Shown: positions 28,590-37,778 of the stretch, one piece after another
How positions within the stretch are numbered: the first letter of the stretch is position 1
How the letters are laid out: each line of letters opens with the position of its first letter
Source: Promethearchaeota archaeon
GTDB taxonomy: Archaea > Asgardarchaeota > Hermodarchaeia > Hermodarchaeales > Hermodarchaeaceae
Direction of reading: 5' to 3'
DNA length: 64,000 nucleotides
Assembly: GCA_048939245.1 (NCBI GenBank)
Contig: JBHLPR010000002.1
Span: 1-64,000, forward strand
Program-made: the position numbers and the translations under genes
The notes under the pieces: model-generated
The model's database searches: none
What the model was told of the DNA's origin: nothing
What the model saw: the letters and a program-made list of their open reading frames with translations, nothing else

Positions 28590-30389
28590 TCACCCTTTCT
28601 TCTTTCCATAGAGTTCTCTTTTGATTGTTCTGACTTCTTTTGCCTCATTCTTTCGGTCTAGCGTCTTAAGATGCGATGCAATTTGGTTGAGCACCCACTT
28701 CTGTAGCAATCTGTGTTTGGGATTAGTTTCAACTAGCATTTTGAGTTCAGTTACTGGGTCATCCCATTTGACTCCGCGGCAGTTCTCTACCCAAAGTTCT
28801 TCTTTGCCATCGAAGGTAACTGTCTCTCCCTTGGGAAGGAACCATAGTCCTTCGATTGACTCATGAGGGTAGGCAGGTCGCATCCCATAGAGTGTTTGGA
28901 CGTAGAGTTGTCCCTTATCGACCTTCGCAAGATTGAAGGTTGGTTCAATTCCATAGTAAGTGGCTTTGTAAATCCCTGTTAGCTTTTCAGCCTGTTCAGA
29001 ATCTATTGGTTGGGTATTTGGGGTTGGTTCAATAGGGGTCACACGTGTCATATTAAGCTCGGCTATAGGATACCTGGCTCCAACATATGTAACACTTTCC
29101 GGGCGCTGGGATTTCTTTGATTTGAAATTGAATCGTACGGCGTTCCCAGAAGGAAGAATGAATCCATTTCCCTCTGGTGTGAGTTCATATTGATCATGCC
29201 AATAGAGCCGTTTATCTTTGTAGGTGACGAGAACGACATTATTCCATAGACCTGCGTAAAAACCTGCAAATTTGGACTTATCTTCTATTATGGGCGCTTC
29301 CACTTTTTCTTTAAGGAACTCCTTTGGTTGTTTTCGAGTGAGTGTGACGCCATGTGTTCTGAGAAGCTGTTCTCTTGCTTGGTTTCCTAACTCATGTGGG
29401 TTCTTCTTTTCACCGGTGTAATCTTCTCGATTGGTCTGGACAGCCACTCCGAAATCATAGTCAGGTATCCAGTAGAAGGTACTTCCATAACCAATGGAGC
29501 CGCCGCCATGTCCTAAAATTCGTGGAGTGAAACCCCCATAAATGTCAACACCTAGCCCATAGTTGAATCCCTTATCCTTGGTAAAATGTGGACGTATCAT
29601 CTGACCAAACAGGTCCTTTCTGAGGACTGTGTTTCCATTGTATTTACCTTCGTTCAAGACAAGGACCAGGACCTTTGCAAGGTCGTCCTGGCCAATCCAG
29701 ACATCTCCACACCCATAATCCTCAGAGGCACCAAACTCGCATTCATGTCTACCAGTTTCTGTTCCTATGGCGACGTTGCCTTCTTTGAGAGCCTCGCTGC
29801 TTCCATATCGGAGCGTTGTCATTCCTAGTGGTTCACCCAGTTTCTTCTTTGTCCACCTCGGGTAAGTCATGCCAGTTGCACTTTGAAGGGAATATGCCAC
29901 AATGTCCATTCCAATGTTTGAGTAATAGTAGCGATCGTTGACAGGAGCAATCATCCAGCACTCCTTGATAGATTCAACTGCTTCCTCGAAGGTGTAGGGC
30001 TCCTCATTACCGAAGTTTCCTCCAATCCGGGGCTCTCTTGGGAGACCAGCCCGATGAGATAGAAGGTGTCTGAAGGTGATTTTCTCGTGTTCTTTCGGAC
30101 CGTGTCTTGAATTTATCTTGAATTCGGACCAGTGGTCAGTTACCTTGTCATCAAGGGTGACTACACCATCCTGAACTGCTAACATGAACGAGAGTCCAGT
30201 GAATAACTTGGTAGTGGACCCGATTTGAAAGATCGTCTGGGTGTCCACTAAACCTGACCTTGCTAGGTTCTGATGCCCAAACCCCTCGGTCCAGATGGGA
30301 CCAGCACTCGTGACCACAGACATCGTGGCTCCGGGAGTAGGTCCTTTTTCCACATAATTTTTCATTCGACGTCGGAGTCGTTTGATCAC
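28590..30389 (-). CDS. Serine hydrolase, beta-lactamase/peptidase S12 family, with C-terminal extension
   Basis: GSTTK (SxxK), LLSHRAGL, YSN and GHGG motifs. Confidence 0.9.
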   Translation of the reverse strand: MIKRLRRRMKNYVEKGPTPGATMSVVTSAGPIWTEGFGHQNLARSGLVDTQTIFQIGSTTKLFTGLSFMLAVQDGVVTLDDKVTDHWSEFKINSRHGPKEHEKITFRHLLSHRAGLPREPRIGGNFGNEEPYTFEEAVESIKECWMIAPVNDRYYYSNIGMDIVAYSLQSATGMTYPRWTKKKLGEPLGMTTLRYGSSEALKEGNVAIGTETGRHECEFGASEDYGCGDVWIGQDDLAKVLVLVLNEGKYNGNTVLRKDLFGQMIRPHFTKDKGFNYGLGVDIYGGFTPRILGHGGGSIGYGSTFYWIPDYDFGVAVQTNREDYTGEKKNPHELGNQAREQLLRTHGVTLTRKQPKEFLKEKVEAPIIEDKSKFAGFYAGLWNNVVLVTYKDKRLYWHDQYELTPEGNGFILPSGNAVRFNFKSKKSQRPESVTYVGARYPIAELNMTRVTPIEPTPNTQPIDSEQAEKLTGIYKATYYGIEPTFNLAKVDKGQLYVQTLYGMRPAYPHESIEGLWFLPKGETVTFDGKEELWVENCRGVKWDDPVTELKMLVETNPKHRLLQKWVLNQIASHLKTLDRKNEAKEVRTIKRELYGKKKG

Positions 30390-30472
30390 TGGACTATATC
30401 GCTCGTTATCGTTCGTGGTGGTTCATCCCCGTAACTGAATACGAAATCGTTTGTCTTCGAAAATGAGCCTTT

Positions 30473-30958
30473 CTATTTTTCTTTCTCCTCGGGTGGTGGC
30501 CAGATTCCCAAGATTTTTCGTAACAGGATAATTTGTCCGATGTGATATGCGTTGTGCTGGAATTCGATAATAATTCCCCGTCCAAGGGGTGTGTTTCCAA
30601 AACCTTTGATAAGGCGGTCAAAATCAGCTTTTTCAGCGATTTCTTTGAGTTTGTTAAGATGGTCGGAAAAGTTCTCAACAAGTTGTTTCCAGGCGTTCTC
30701 GGTGAGTTTGGCGCCTTTGGGTAACCAGTCAGTGCCTTCGATTGCTTTCCAATCCAATTCTTTGCCTTCGATGGCTTTCCACGTTATTTCGTGCCAAAAC
30801 ACAATATGGTAGAGGTGATCCCAAATCGATCGTTCATTTTTGATAGGCTGTTTTTTTGCGTCTTCTGCGGTGATTCCCTGCAGCGCTTTGAGCACATCGT
30901 AGTGGGCATTTTTTCCATACAGAGCATCTCCAAATGCTTGTCTTATCCAATCCGTCAT
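30473..30958 (-). CDS. DinB family protein
   Basis: SIWDHLYHIVFW and HNAYHIGQI motifs. Confidence 0.9.
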   Translation of the reverse strand: MTDWIRQAFGDALYGKNAHYDVLKALQGITAEDAKKQPIKNERSIWDHLYHIVFWHEITWKAIEGKELDWKAIEGTDWLPKGAKLTENAWKQLVENFSDHLNKLKEIAEKADFDRLIKGFGNTPLGRGIIIEFQHNAYHIGQIILLRKILGIWPPPEEKEK

Positions 30959-31047
30959 GAGTGTTCAGCCTCAGTTCTTATGGAATTAGCATTCTTGTAA
31001 GTTATACATAAAATAGACTTATGCATACTTTGCTTTAGTTATCCACA

Positions 31048-32979
31048 TTGGATGGAGGTTCTTCGTTGCTCACCATTGAGGATGAGTGGCTGGTCGATGA
31101 TGCTGGTCGGAAGGTGTTACTCCGTGGTGTCAATCTTGGTGGGAGCTCCAAGGTGCCTTTTACTCCCAACGGAGCAACTCATCATGAAACAGATTTCACC
31201 GACTATGATGTGTCTTTTGTTGGTCGACCTTTTCCTCTCAAGGAAGCTGATAGGCACTTTCATCGAATTCGTCATTGGGGCTTTAATGCCCTCCGCTTTC
31301 TTGTCACCTGGGAAGCCATTGAACACAGTGGTCCTAGACAATATGATAAAGAGTATCTGGAGTTCGTTGAAGAAGTTCTCAAGGTGGCAGCTGAACATCA
31401 ACTTTACACCTTCATCGATCCCCATCAAGATTTATGGAGTCGTGCTTCTGGCGGTGATGGCGCTCCAATCTGGACCTTTGAAAAGGTTGGGCTTGATGTC
31501 ACAAAATTCGATCAATCAGATGCGGCATTTGTGATGCAACATCGCTATGATCCTGAGAATCCCGATTCTTATCCTCCGATGTCGTGGCTGCAAAACTATG
31601 CCCGCTTCGCAACTTGTACGATGTTCACACTATTCTTTGGTGGGAGTGTGTTTGCTCCCTTCTGTAAGGTTGAAGGTGTTCCGGTACAGGAGTATTTGCA
31701 GGAACACTATCTGAATGCCCTCAAGCAGGTAGCCCACCATGTTCATGACAATCCCTATGTGATTGGATTTGAAGCCATGAATGAACCTAGTCCAGGATGG
31801 ATTGGGCAACGGGTGGACGGGGTGTCGAAAATCATTTCTCGTGAGCTATTTTATGGTGTCACCCCCTTTGATGCGATGGCTCTTGCCGCTGGATTTCCAC
31901 GAGAAATTCCTTATAGTCTCATTAAACGGTTTGCAGTGCGAGAAATTCGTCGCGACGTATTGAATCCCAAGGGCGTTAGTTGCTGGCTGGAGGGGTATTC
32001 GGATATCTGGCGGCAGCATAAGGTCTGGGATGTTGATGAGACGGGAGAGCCGGTGATTCTTCAAAATAATCATTTTCGAGAAGTGAATGGTTCACAAGTG
32101 GATTTTTTGCACCAGTTTCTATCTCCGTTTATCCAACGGTTCACAAATACGATTCGTGAAGTGTGTCCTAAAAGTTTAGTTGGAGTTGAACCACCACCGG
32201 AAACTGGCATGCGAGGGGAAGCGTTTCTTCGCGAACCACCTCCCAATAGTGTAAATAGCAGCCATTGGTATGATGAGCTTATGATGGGGTTAAGGCGATT
32301 TCGGGGATGGTTAAGCTATGACACAACACGGAGCAAGCTTGTGTTGGGGACGAAGAATGTGCAGAAGATGTACACCCGGCAACTTGCAAAAATCAAGGCA
32401 TGTTCCCAAGAATCATGCGGTGGGATACCTACGATTATCGGGGAATTTGGTGTATGTTTTGACCTAAATGATCGCGAGGGGTTTCGTTATTGGAAAATCA
32501 AACCAAAGAAAGCATGGCGGAAACACAGCAAGGCACTGACCATGTATTATAATGCCATGGATGCAAATCTTCTTCATTCCATGCTTTGGAACTACACAGC
32601 GGACAATGACAATACTTGGGGTGACCAATGGAATCAAGAGGACTTCTCTATTTTCAGTCTCTCCCAGCAAACAAATCCTGAAGACATCAACAGTGGTGAA
32701 CGGGCTATTGAAGGATTCTGTCGCCCCCACTTTGTTGCCGTCGCTGGAACCCCGTTAATCATGAGTTTCTCAGCGAAGACGAAGGTGTTTGAATTCACAT
32801 TTGAAGCCGATCCTAGCCTTGATGCGCCTTCGATTCTGTTTCTTCCACAAATTCATTATCCTCACGGTTTTCGAATTGAGCCTCCAGATCTTGATTTGGA
32901 AGAAACCCAAAACCCCCAATTACTCGCGTTTCAAGTTCCTACTTCCGGAATTCACAAAATAAAAATCCGATCAGTCTAG
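31048..32979 (+). CDS. GH5 glycoside hydrolase (endoglycoceramidase / steryl-glucosidase-like) with GH5_C domain
   Basis: RGVNLGG, WGFNALRFLVTWEAIEH, DPHQD.WSR..GGDGAP, catalytic NEP and IGEFG motifs. Confidence 0.9.
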   Translation: MDGGSSLLTIEDEWLVDDAGRKVLLRGVNLGGSSKVPFTPNGATHHETDFTDYDVSFVGRPFPLKEADRHFHRIRHWGFNALRFLVTWEAIEHSGPRQYDKEYLEFVEEVLKVAAEHQLYTFIDPHQDLWSRASGGDGAPIWTFEKVGLDVTKFDQSDAAFVMQHRYDPENPDSYPPMSWLQNYARFATCTMFTLFFGGSVFAPFCKVEGVPVQEYLQEHYLNALKQVAHHVHDNPYVIGFEAMNEPSPGWIGQRVDGVSKIISRELFYGVTPFDAMALAAGFPREIPYSLIKRFAVREIRRDVLNPKGVSCWLEGYSDIWRQHKVWDVDETGEPVILQNNHFREVNGSQVDFLHQFLSPFIQRFTNTIREVCPKSLVGVEPPPETGMRGEAFLREPPPNSVNSSHWYDELMMGLRRFRGWLSYDTTRSKLVLGTKNVQKMYTRQLAKIKACSQESCGGIPTIIGEFGVCFDLNDREGFRYWKIKPKKAWRKHSKALTMYYNAMDANLLHSMLWNYTADNDNTWGDQWNQEDFSIFSLSQQTNPEDINSGERAIEGFCRPHFVAVAGTPLIMSFSAKTKVFEFTFEADPSLDAPSILFLPQIHYPHGFRIEPPDLDLEETQNPQLLAFQVPTSGIHKIKIRSV

Positions 32980-33027
32980 AATCTGCGAGCTGGTCTAAAA
33001 TTGTCTAAATTGCTTAACGGTGTGCCA

Positions 33028-34050
33028 TTAACCCCATTTGATACAGGTCGAAGACCACGTATAGCCAATTCCCGCAGCAGCCATACAGACTAAATCTCCC
33101 TTCTTGATTTTTCCTACCTTCAGTCCTTCCTCAATGGAAACGATTGCGTCATTTTGCCCCATATGCCCCCATTCTTCAAAGTAGGTCGTTTGATTCATGG
33201 TCAACCCCAATTCATTTAGTACGTAAATGAAAGCGGAGCGTTTCATATGCAATAAGGCAAGGTAATCGATGTCTTTGATGGCGTAGCCACTCCGTTCTGT
33301 CGCTTCTTTGACGACACTAATGAAGTTTTGCATGGATAGTTTATCCAGGCGTTCTTTCATACTAGCAGGGTCTGGAACATCAAGGTATTGAAGACCTTGT
33401 TCAATGGCTTCACAGCTGATGGGAATTTCTGTTCCTCCCGCAGGACAATAGACATCATCAGCGAAAGCTCCATCAGTTATAATTGCCGTTTCTAATACTT
33501 GATTTTGAGGATAATCTCGTTGAAGAATAGCGGCTACTCCGCTAGCTGCTAAGCTAAACATGAAGCGGCTACGTTCATTCTGATAATTGATTAGATCACA
33601 ATTTTGGTATCCGCTAGCAAGGAGAATCGTGTGAATCTCTGGCTCAGTTGTCATTAGCGCTTTAGCGAGACGAATGCCACTCATCAAGGTGGCACAGCGG
33701 GCATTTAGGTCCAAAGCCCACGCGTTTGTAGCGTGGATTTTATGGGAGAGTTTAACGCCTGCTACTTGCATTGGCCGTTCAATAAATGTCTCTCCTGTCC
33801 ACAGGATTACATCGATATCTGTTGCTGTGATATCTTTGGCTTTTTTTAGGGCTGTTTTCGCTGCTCGGGTTCCCATGGTGACTGGTCCATCTTCAGGACC
33901 ACCGACAGTTTTACTCTTGAGCCCGAATTTAGTTTTTAAAATATCTTCAGGAATTCCGGTTTGTTCCTCGATATAGGCTGCAGTGTGCAGGTGTTTAGGT
34001 AGATATACTCCTGTGCTAACAAGTCCCATCTTAACCGGAGAATTTGTCAA
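33028..34050 (-). CDS. 3-oxoacyl-ACP synthase III (FabH)-like condensing enzyme
   Basis: ARCAT catalytic Cys, LLHMKRS, WGHMGQND and AAAGIGYTW motifs. Confidence 0.9.
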   Translation of the reverse strand: MTNSPVKMGLVSTGVYLPKHLHTAAYIEEQTGIPEDILKTKFGLKSKTVGGPEDGPVTMGTRAAKTALKKAKDITATDIDVILWTGETFIERPMQVAGVKLSHKIHATNAWALDLNARCATLMSGIRLAKALMTTEPEIHTILLASGYQNCDLINYQNERSRFMFSLAASGVAAILQRDYPQNQVLETAIITDGAFADDVYCPAGGTEIPISCEAIEQGLQYLDVPDPASMKERLDKLSMQNFISVVKEATERSGYAIKDIDYLALLHMKRSAFIYVLNELGLTMNQTTYFEEWGHMGQNDAIVSIEEGLKVGKIKKGDLVCMAAAGIGYTWSSTCIKWG

Positions 34051-34122
34051 GGTCCATCACCATAAGTTAGAAGCGTTTAAGGTTGATGAATGCCTAGGGC
34101 ACGCTTGAGGTTAAAAACCTGA

Positions 34123-35517
34123 TTAGGTTTCCATCTCTGCTTCTTTTTTAGTTTGATCTTCAAATCTTTGCCGGGTTTGATTTTCGGTGGTACTGATGTC
34201 CTTGCGAATATTCCAAATAATGGGGAATGTTGCAGCTGCACCTACAAAGAAGAACAAACAGATGATAGCAAACGCCATTGAATAAAAACCGCCAAAAAGT
34301 GTGACGGCGATGGTGGGGACTAGCTGAGTGCCTAGCGCAACGCCAATCACGTGAGCTAGCATATTTAGAGATAGAGCGGTGCTTCGGATTTCTGGCGGGT
34401 TGACATCGCCAGCACTCACATAGATTAATGGGGTGATTCCTGCATCAAAGAGGGTTCCTATGAAGATGAGACAGAAAAAGATGAAAGTTGCCGGATTTAG
34501 AAAGAGGTCTAATATAGTTGAGCTAGGGGCAACAGTGAACGGATAAAGACTTGCAGTGATGAGAATGGGACCTGCTACTAGACAGCATAGAAGAATCAGG
34601 TAAGCTCGTCCTCGTCGATTCCGTCTGAAAAACCGATCACCTAGTCTGCCAAAGACGGCGGTTCCAATGATTTGGCTTGCGAGGGCGATGGTCATGAATA
34701 AGGTAGCGACGAAGATACTGAGACTATGGTCAACATTGAGCCACCGAACCGCCCAAGCTCCAAAAGCAGCAGTGGGAATAATAGCGATAATTCCTACTAT
34801 GAGTAACCATATGTTCGTTCCTTTTCGCCACATGAGTTGCAGGTCTTTACGATTCAGTGTATAAGAATAAACAGTGTCAGTGTCTAACAAGTCGACTAGG
34901 CATTCTTCGTGTTGTGCTCGTGGGGGTTCACGGGTCAGGAATAAGAGCAAGCCGGTAGTAACTCCGAAGACTGTAATAGCGAGAAAAGGCGTTTGCCAAC
35001 CAAAAGTCTCTACTAATAGCCCTGAGATGATATATCCAAGTCCATATCCTGCGCCGGCTGCAGTCCCTAGGATTCCAATGGTCGTGGACCGATAGTGTGC
35101 AGGGACACAATCAATGGTCATCGAGAGTGAGAGAGGACCTGCGGCACCTACACCAATGGCGGCAAGACTGTAAAAGAGTAGCAGCTGCCAATATGTGATG
35201 AATGGAAGAAGGAGGGGGATAAACCAAAACACCCAGAAGAAGGTGCTAATAATGAGAAGATTTCGCCGGGCTGAACGGTCCGCCATATAAGCCCAGGGGA
35301 TGGCAGTGAAACCGGAGATGAGTAGAAAGATGGTCACGATGAGGGCAATCCAGTCATCTGAAGGAACGCCCAAAGCGGTAACAAGGACTCCGGTCATCGG
35401 GGGTAATAGAGCACTGGCTGCCGCGATTACAATGCCGAGAATGAACAGGATGCCATAAGTCAACCTATCACGCCCCTGCCATGGTTTTGTAGGGGGAGAT
35501 TTGTTTGTGGTTTCCAT
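34123..35517 (-). CDS. MFS transporter
   Basis: About 12 TM; YMADRSARR and GRLGDRF motif-A loops. ATG at 35517 preferred over the TTG at 35547. Confidence 0.9.
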   Translation of the reverse strand: METTNKSPPTKPWQGRDRLTYGILFILGIVIAAASALLPPMTGVLVTALGVPSDDWIALIVTIFLLISGFTAIPWAYMADRSARRNLLIISTFFWVFWFIPLLLPFITYWQLLLFYSLAAIGVGAAGPLSLSMTIDCVPAHYRSTTIGILGTAAGAGYGLGYIISGLLVETFGWQTPFLAITVFGVTTGLLLFLTREPPRAQHEECLVDLLDTDTVYSYTLNRKDLQLMWRKGTNIWLLIVGIIAIIPTAAFGAWAVRWLNVDHSLSIFVATLFMTIALASQIIGTAVFGRLGDRFFRRNRRGRAYLILLCCLVAGPILITASLYPFTVAPSSTILDLFLNPATFIFFCLIFIGTLFDAGITPLIYVSAGDVNPPEIRSTALSLNMLAHVIGVALGTQLVPTIAVTLFGGFYSMAFAIICLFFFVGAAATFPIIWNIRKDISTTENQTRQRFEDQTKKEAEMET

Positions 35518-35675
35518 GGTATAGCCCCAAATTTTACCGGTAACCAATCGCTTAATGATTTAATGTCTTTCTATCCTATTGGAAAAGGTGTTACAGTATT
35601 TGGTTGAAAAGTTCTTGGGCTGTGAAAAAATCTTAAAGGGATAGTGTAATAGCCCCTCAATTTGAATGCGAGTAT

Positions 35676-36902
35676 TTGGTGGCTAAGATAGTGAATCAAA
35701 GGAATACAACCTTATTAATCACTGGCGCTTCGCACGGTTTGGTTCACCTGTTAATGCTCGCTCTTCCCTATATTACTACAAAGCTCTTGTTGGTTGCTCC
35801 CACACCTCCAGGTACTGAATGGCTCGTTGTCTTGCTTCTCAATACCCCGGCTTATTTTGTTTTTGGGTTTGGTGCTCTTCCTGCTGGGGTTCTTTGTGAT
35901 CGAATTGGTCCTCGAAAGGTGATTGTCTTAGGTTTGTTGCTTTCAGTATTTTCAGGAGTTGCCCTCTTCTTTTTGTGGCCCTTTGGTATCGGTATTATCG
36001 CATTCCTCTTCATGACTTACGCGTTTGGAGCTGGTTTGTATCATCCTGCTGGAACAACTTGGGTTTCTAATACCTTCGTAACGGACCGTGGGAAGGCCTT
36101 AGGTCGTCATGGCATCGGTGGAAGTATTGGTCAAATGATGGCACCCCTCATTTCTGCAATTATTTTGAGCACGATTTTTTGGCCAATCATCTTTCTCTTT
36201 CTAGCCGCTGTTGGCATTATAATAGCCTTCATAATTCTACGTGTGTCCGTTCAAACAGCTGAAATGCGAAGTGCTTCCAATTCAAACACAGGAGAAAGTG
36301 GCAACTTCTTTAGCCTTGTAACTCCGGCAATGATGTTCATCGTTTCCATAATTCTCGTTGCAAGAGGGATGCTGTATCGCGGAACCGTAACTGCTCTTCC
36401 TGTATACATTACCTTAGAATTAGGGACTCTGCTAGTAATCGCAGGCTTCATTGGAACCCTCGTGTACGTTGGAGGAATTTTTGGGCAAGAAATTGGCGGG
36501 CGACTCACTGATCACTTTGGTTGGCGGCGAGTTCTAGCAAGCATGACATTAGTTACAACTGGATCTTTAGTACTCTTATCAGTTCCATACACTCTCACCA
36601 TCTGGAATGACGCCTTGCTGATCTTTTCTGTGCTTTTATTCGGCTTCTCCTACTTTGCTGCACAAGCCGCAACGAATACGATGATCGCTAGCCTATCAAA
36701 TCCAGAAAGTCGGGGTCAGGTGTTCGGGTGGAGTTTCTTCAGTCGCTTTGGTCTCGGCGCATTTGGAATTCCCATCATCACAGTTAGTGCCTTTCTGTTT
36801 GGCACATGGGTAGCTGGATTCTTCCTAATGGCACTTCTTGGGGTTCTTGCTGCGGTACTGGTGACAGTTGTTCACCAGCGTCGTACCGATAAGGTTAGCT
36901 AA
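35676..36902 (+). CDS. MFS transporter (Fsr-like)
   Basis: GVLCDRIGPRK, GLYHPAG, RGKALG.HG.GG and GGRLTDHFGWRR motifs. Confidence 0.9.
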   Translation: MVAKIVNQRNTTLLITGASHGLVHLLMLALPYITTKLLLVAPTPPGTEWLVVLLLNTPAYFVFGFGALPAGVLCDRIGPRKVIVLGLLLSVFSGVALFFLWPFGIGIIAFLFMTYAFGAGLYHPAGTTWVSNTFVTDRGKALGRHGIGGSIGQMMAPLISAIILSTIFWPIIFLFLAAVGIIIAFIILRVSVQTAEMRSASNSNTGESGNFFSLVTPAMMFIVSIILVARGMLYRGTVTALPVYITLELGTLLVIAGFIGTLVYVGGIFGQEIGGRLTDHFGWRRVLASMTLVTTGSLVLLSVPYTLTIWNDALLIFSVLLFGFSYFAAQAATNTMIASLSNPESRGQVFGWSFFSRFGLGAFGIPIITVSAFLFGTWVAGFFLMALLGVLAAVLVTVVHQRRTDKVS

Positions 36903-36965
36903 GAATTTACAATGTTCAGAAATCTTTTAGCTTTGAATTAATTTGGAGTTAGCAGGAGAAAGACG

Positions 36966-37778
36966 ATGAATGAAACCTTGACTGGTAATGGCATCCCCAT
37001 TGTTGCCCGGGAATTGGTTCGGGAGTTTGGGAAGGTCGTTGCAGTGGATCACCTCTCTTTCGAAGTCCGTCCAGGTGAAATCTATGGGCTGCTTGGACCG
37101 AATGGTGCTGGAAAAACTACGACTGTGAAAATGGTCAGTGGCCTGCTTCCACCAACTCTTGGAGAAGTCGAAGTGTTTGGTTTTGATCCCATGAATCAAC
37201 CAATCGAAGTGAAAAACCGAATTGGCTTGGTTCCCGAAGACCACATTCTCTATGAATCCCTAACCCCTCGAGAATTTTTTAATTTCATCGCATCCATTCG
37301 TCAACTCGACCAAGGGTGGCTGAAGAAACGGGTCACATCATTGATTGACGCTTTCGAGTTTCGAGAGTATTATGATAAGCCTATTGCGGCGTTAAGCCAT
37401 GGAAACAGGCAAAAAGCCAGTATCCTTGCCGCCATCCTCCACGATCCCCCTCTCTTAGTACTAGATGAGCCATTCAGTGGGTTAGATGCTCGCACGGTTC
37501 GGGTGTTTAAGGACATCTTAAGTATTCACTTAGAAAATGGGGGTGGGGTGCTGTTTAGTAGTCACATTCTCGAGGTGGCTGAAAGTCTTTGTGACCGGAT
37601 TGGAATCATTGATGACGGTAGAATGGTGGCAGAAGGAACGGTTGATGAATTACGGGAGATGGTCAAAGCTCATGGGTCGTTAGAAGAAATCTTTCTCCGC
37701 GCCGTTCAGCAGGATGCTGAAGTTGCAGAAACTGTTCAAGCACTCCGAAAAGCCTTAGCAAAGAATAATGATCAGTGA
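36966..37778 (+). CDS. ABC transporter ATP-binding protein
   Basis: GPNGAGKTT, LSHG, LDEPFSGLD and SSHIL motifs. Confidence 0.96.
   Translation: MNETLTGNGIPIVARELVREFGKVVAVDHLSFEVRPGEIYGLLGPNGAGKTTTVKMVSGLLPPTLGEVEVFGFDPMNQPIEVKNRIGLVPEDHILYESLTPREFFNFIASIRQLDQGWLKKRVTSLIDAFEFREYYDKPIAALSHGNRQKASILAAILHDPPLLVLDEPFSGLDARTVRVFKDILSIHLENGGGVLFSSHILEVAESLCDRIGIIDDGRMVAEGTVDELREMVKAHGSLEEIFLRAVQQDAEVAETVQALRKALAKNNDQ

Noticed and set aside
30389-30426. Possible 1-nt frameshift hiding an ATG start (MTTTNDNERYSP) of the serine hydrolase
   Set aside because: In-frame GTG/ATG starts exist and the catalytic domain is complete.
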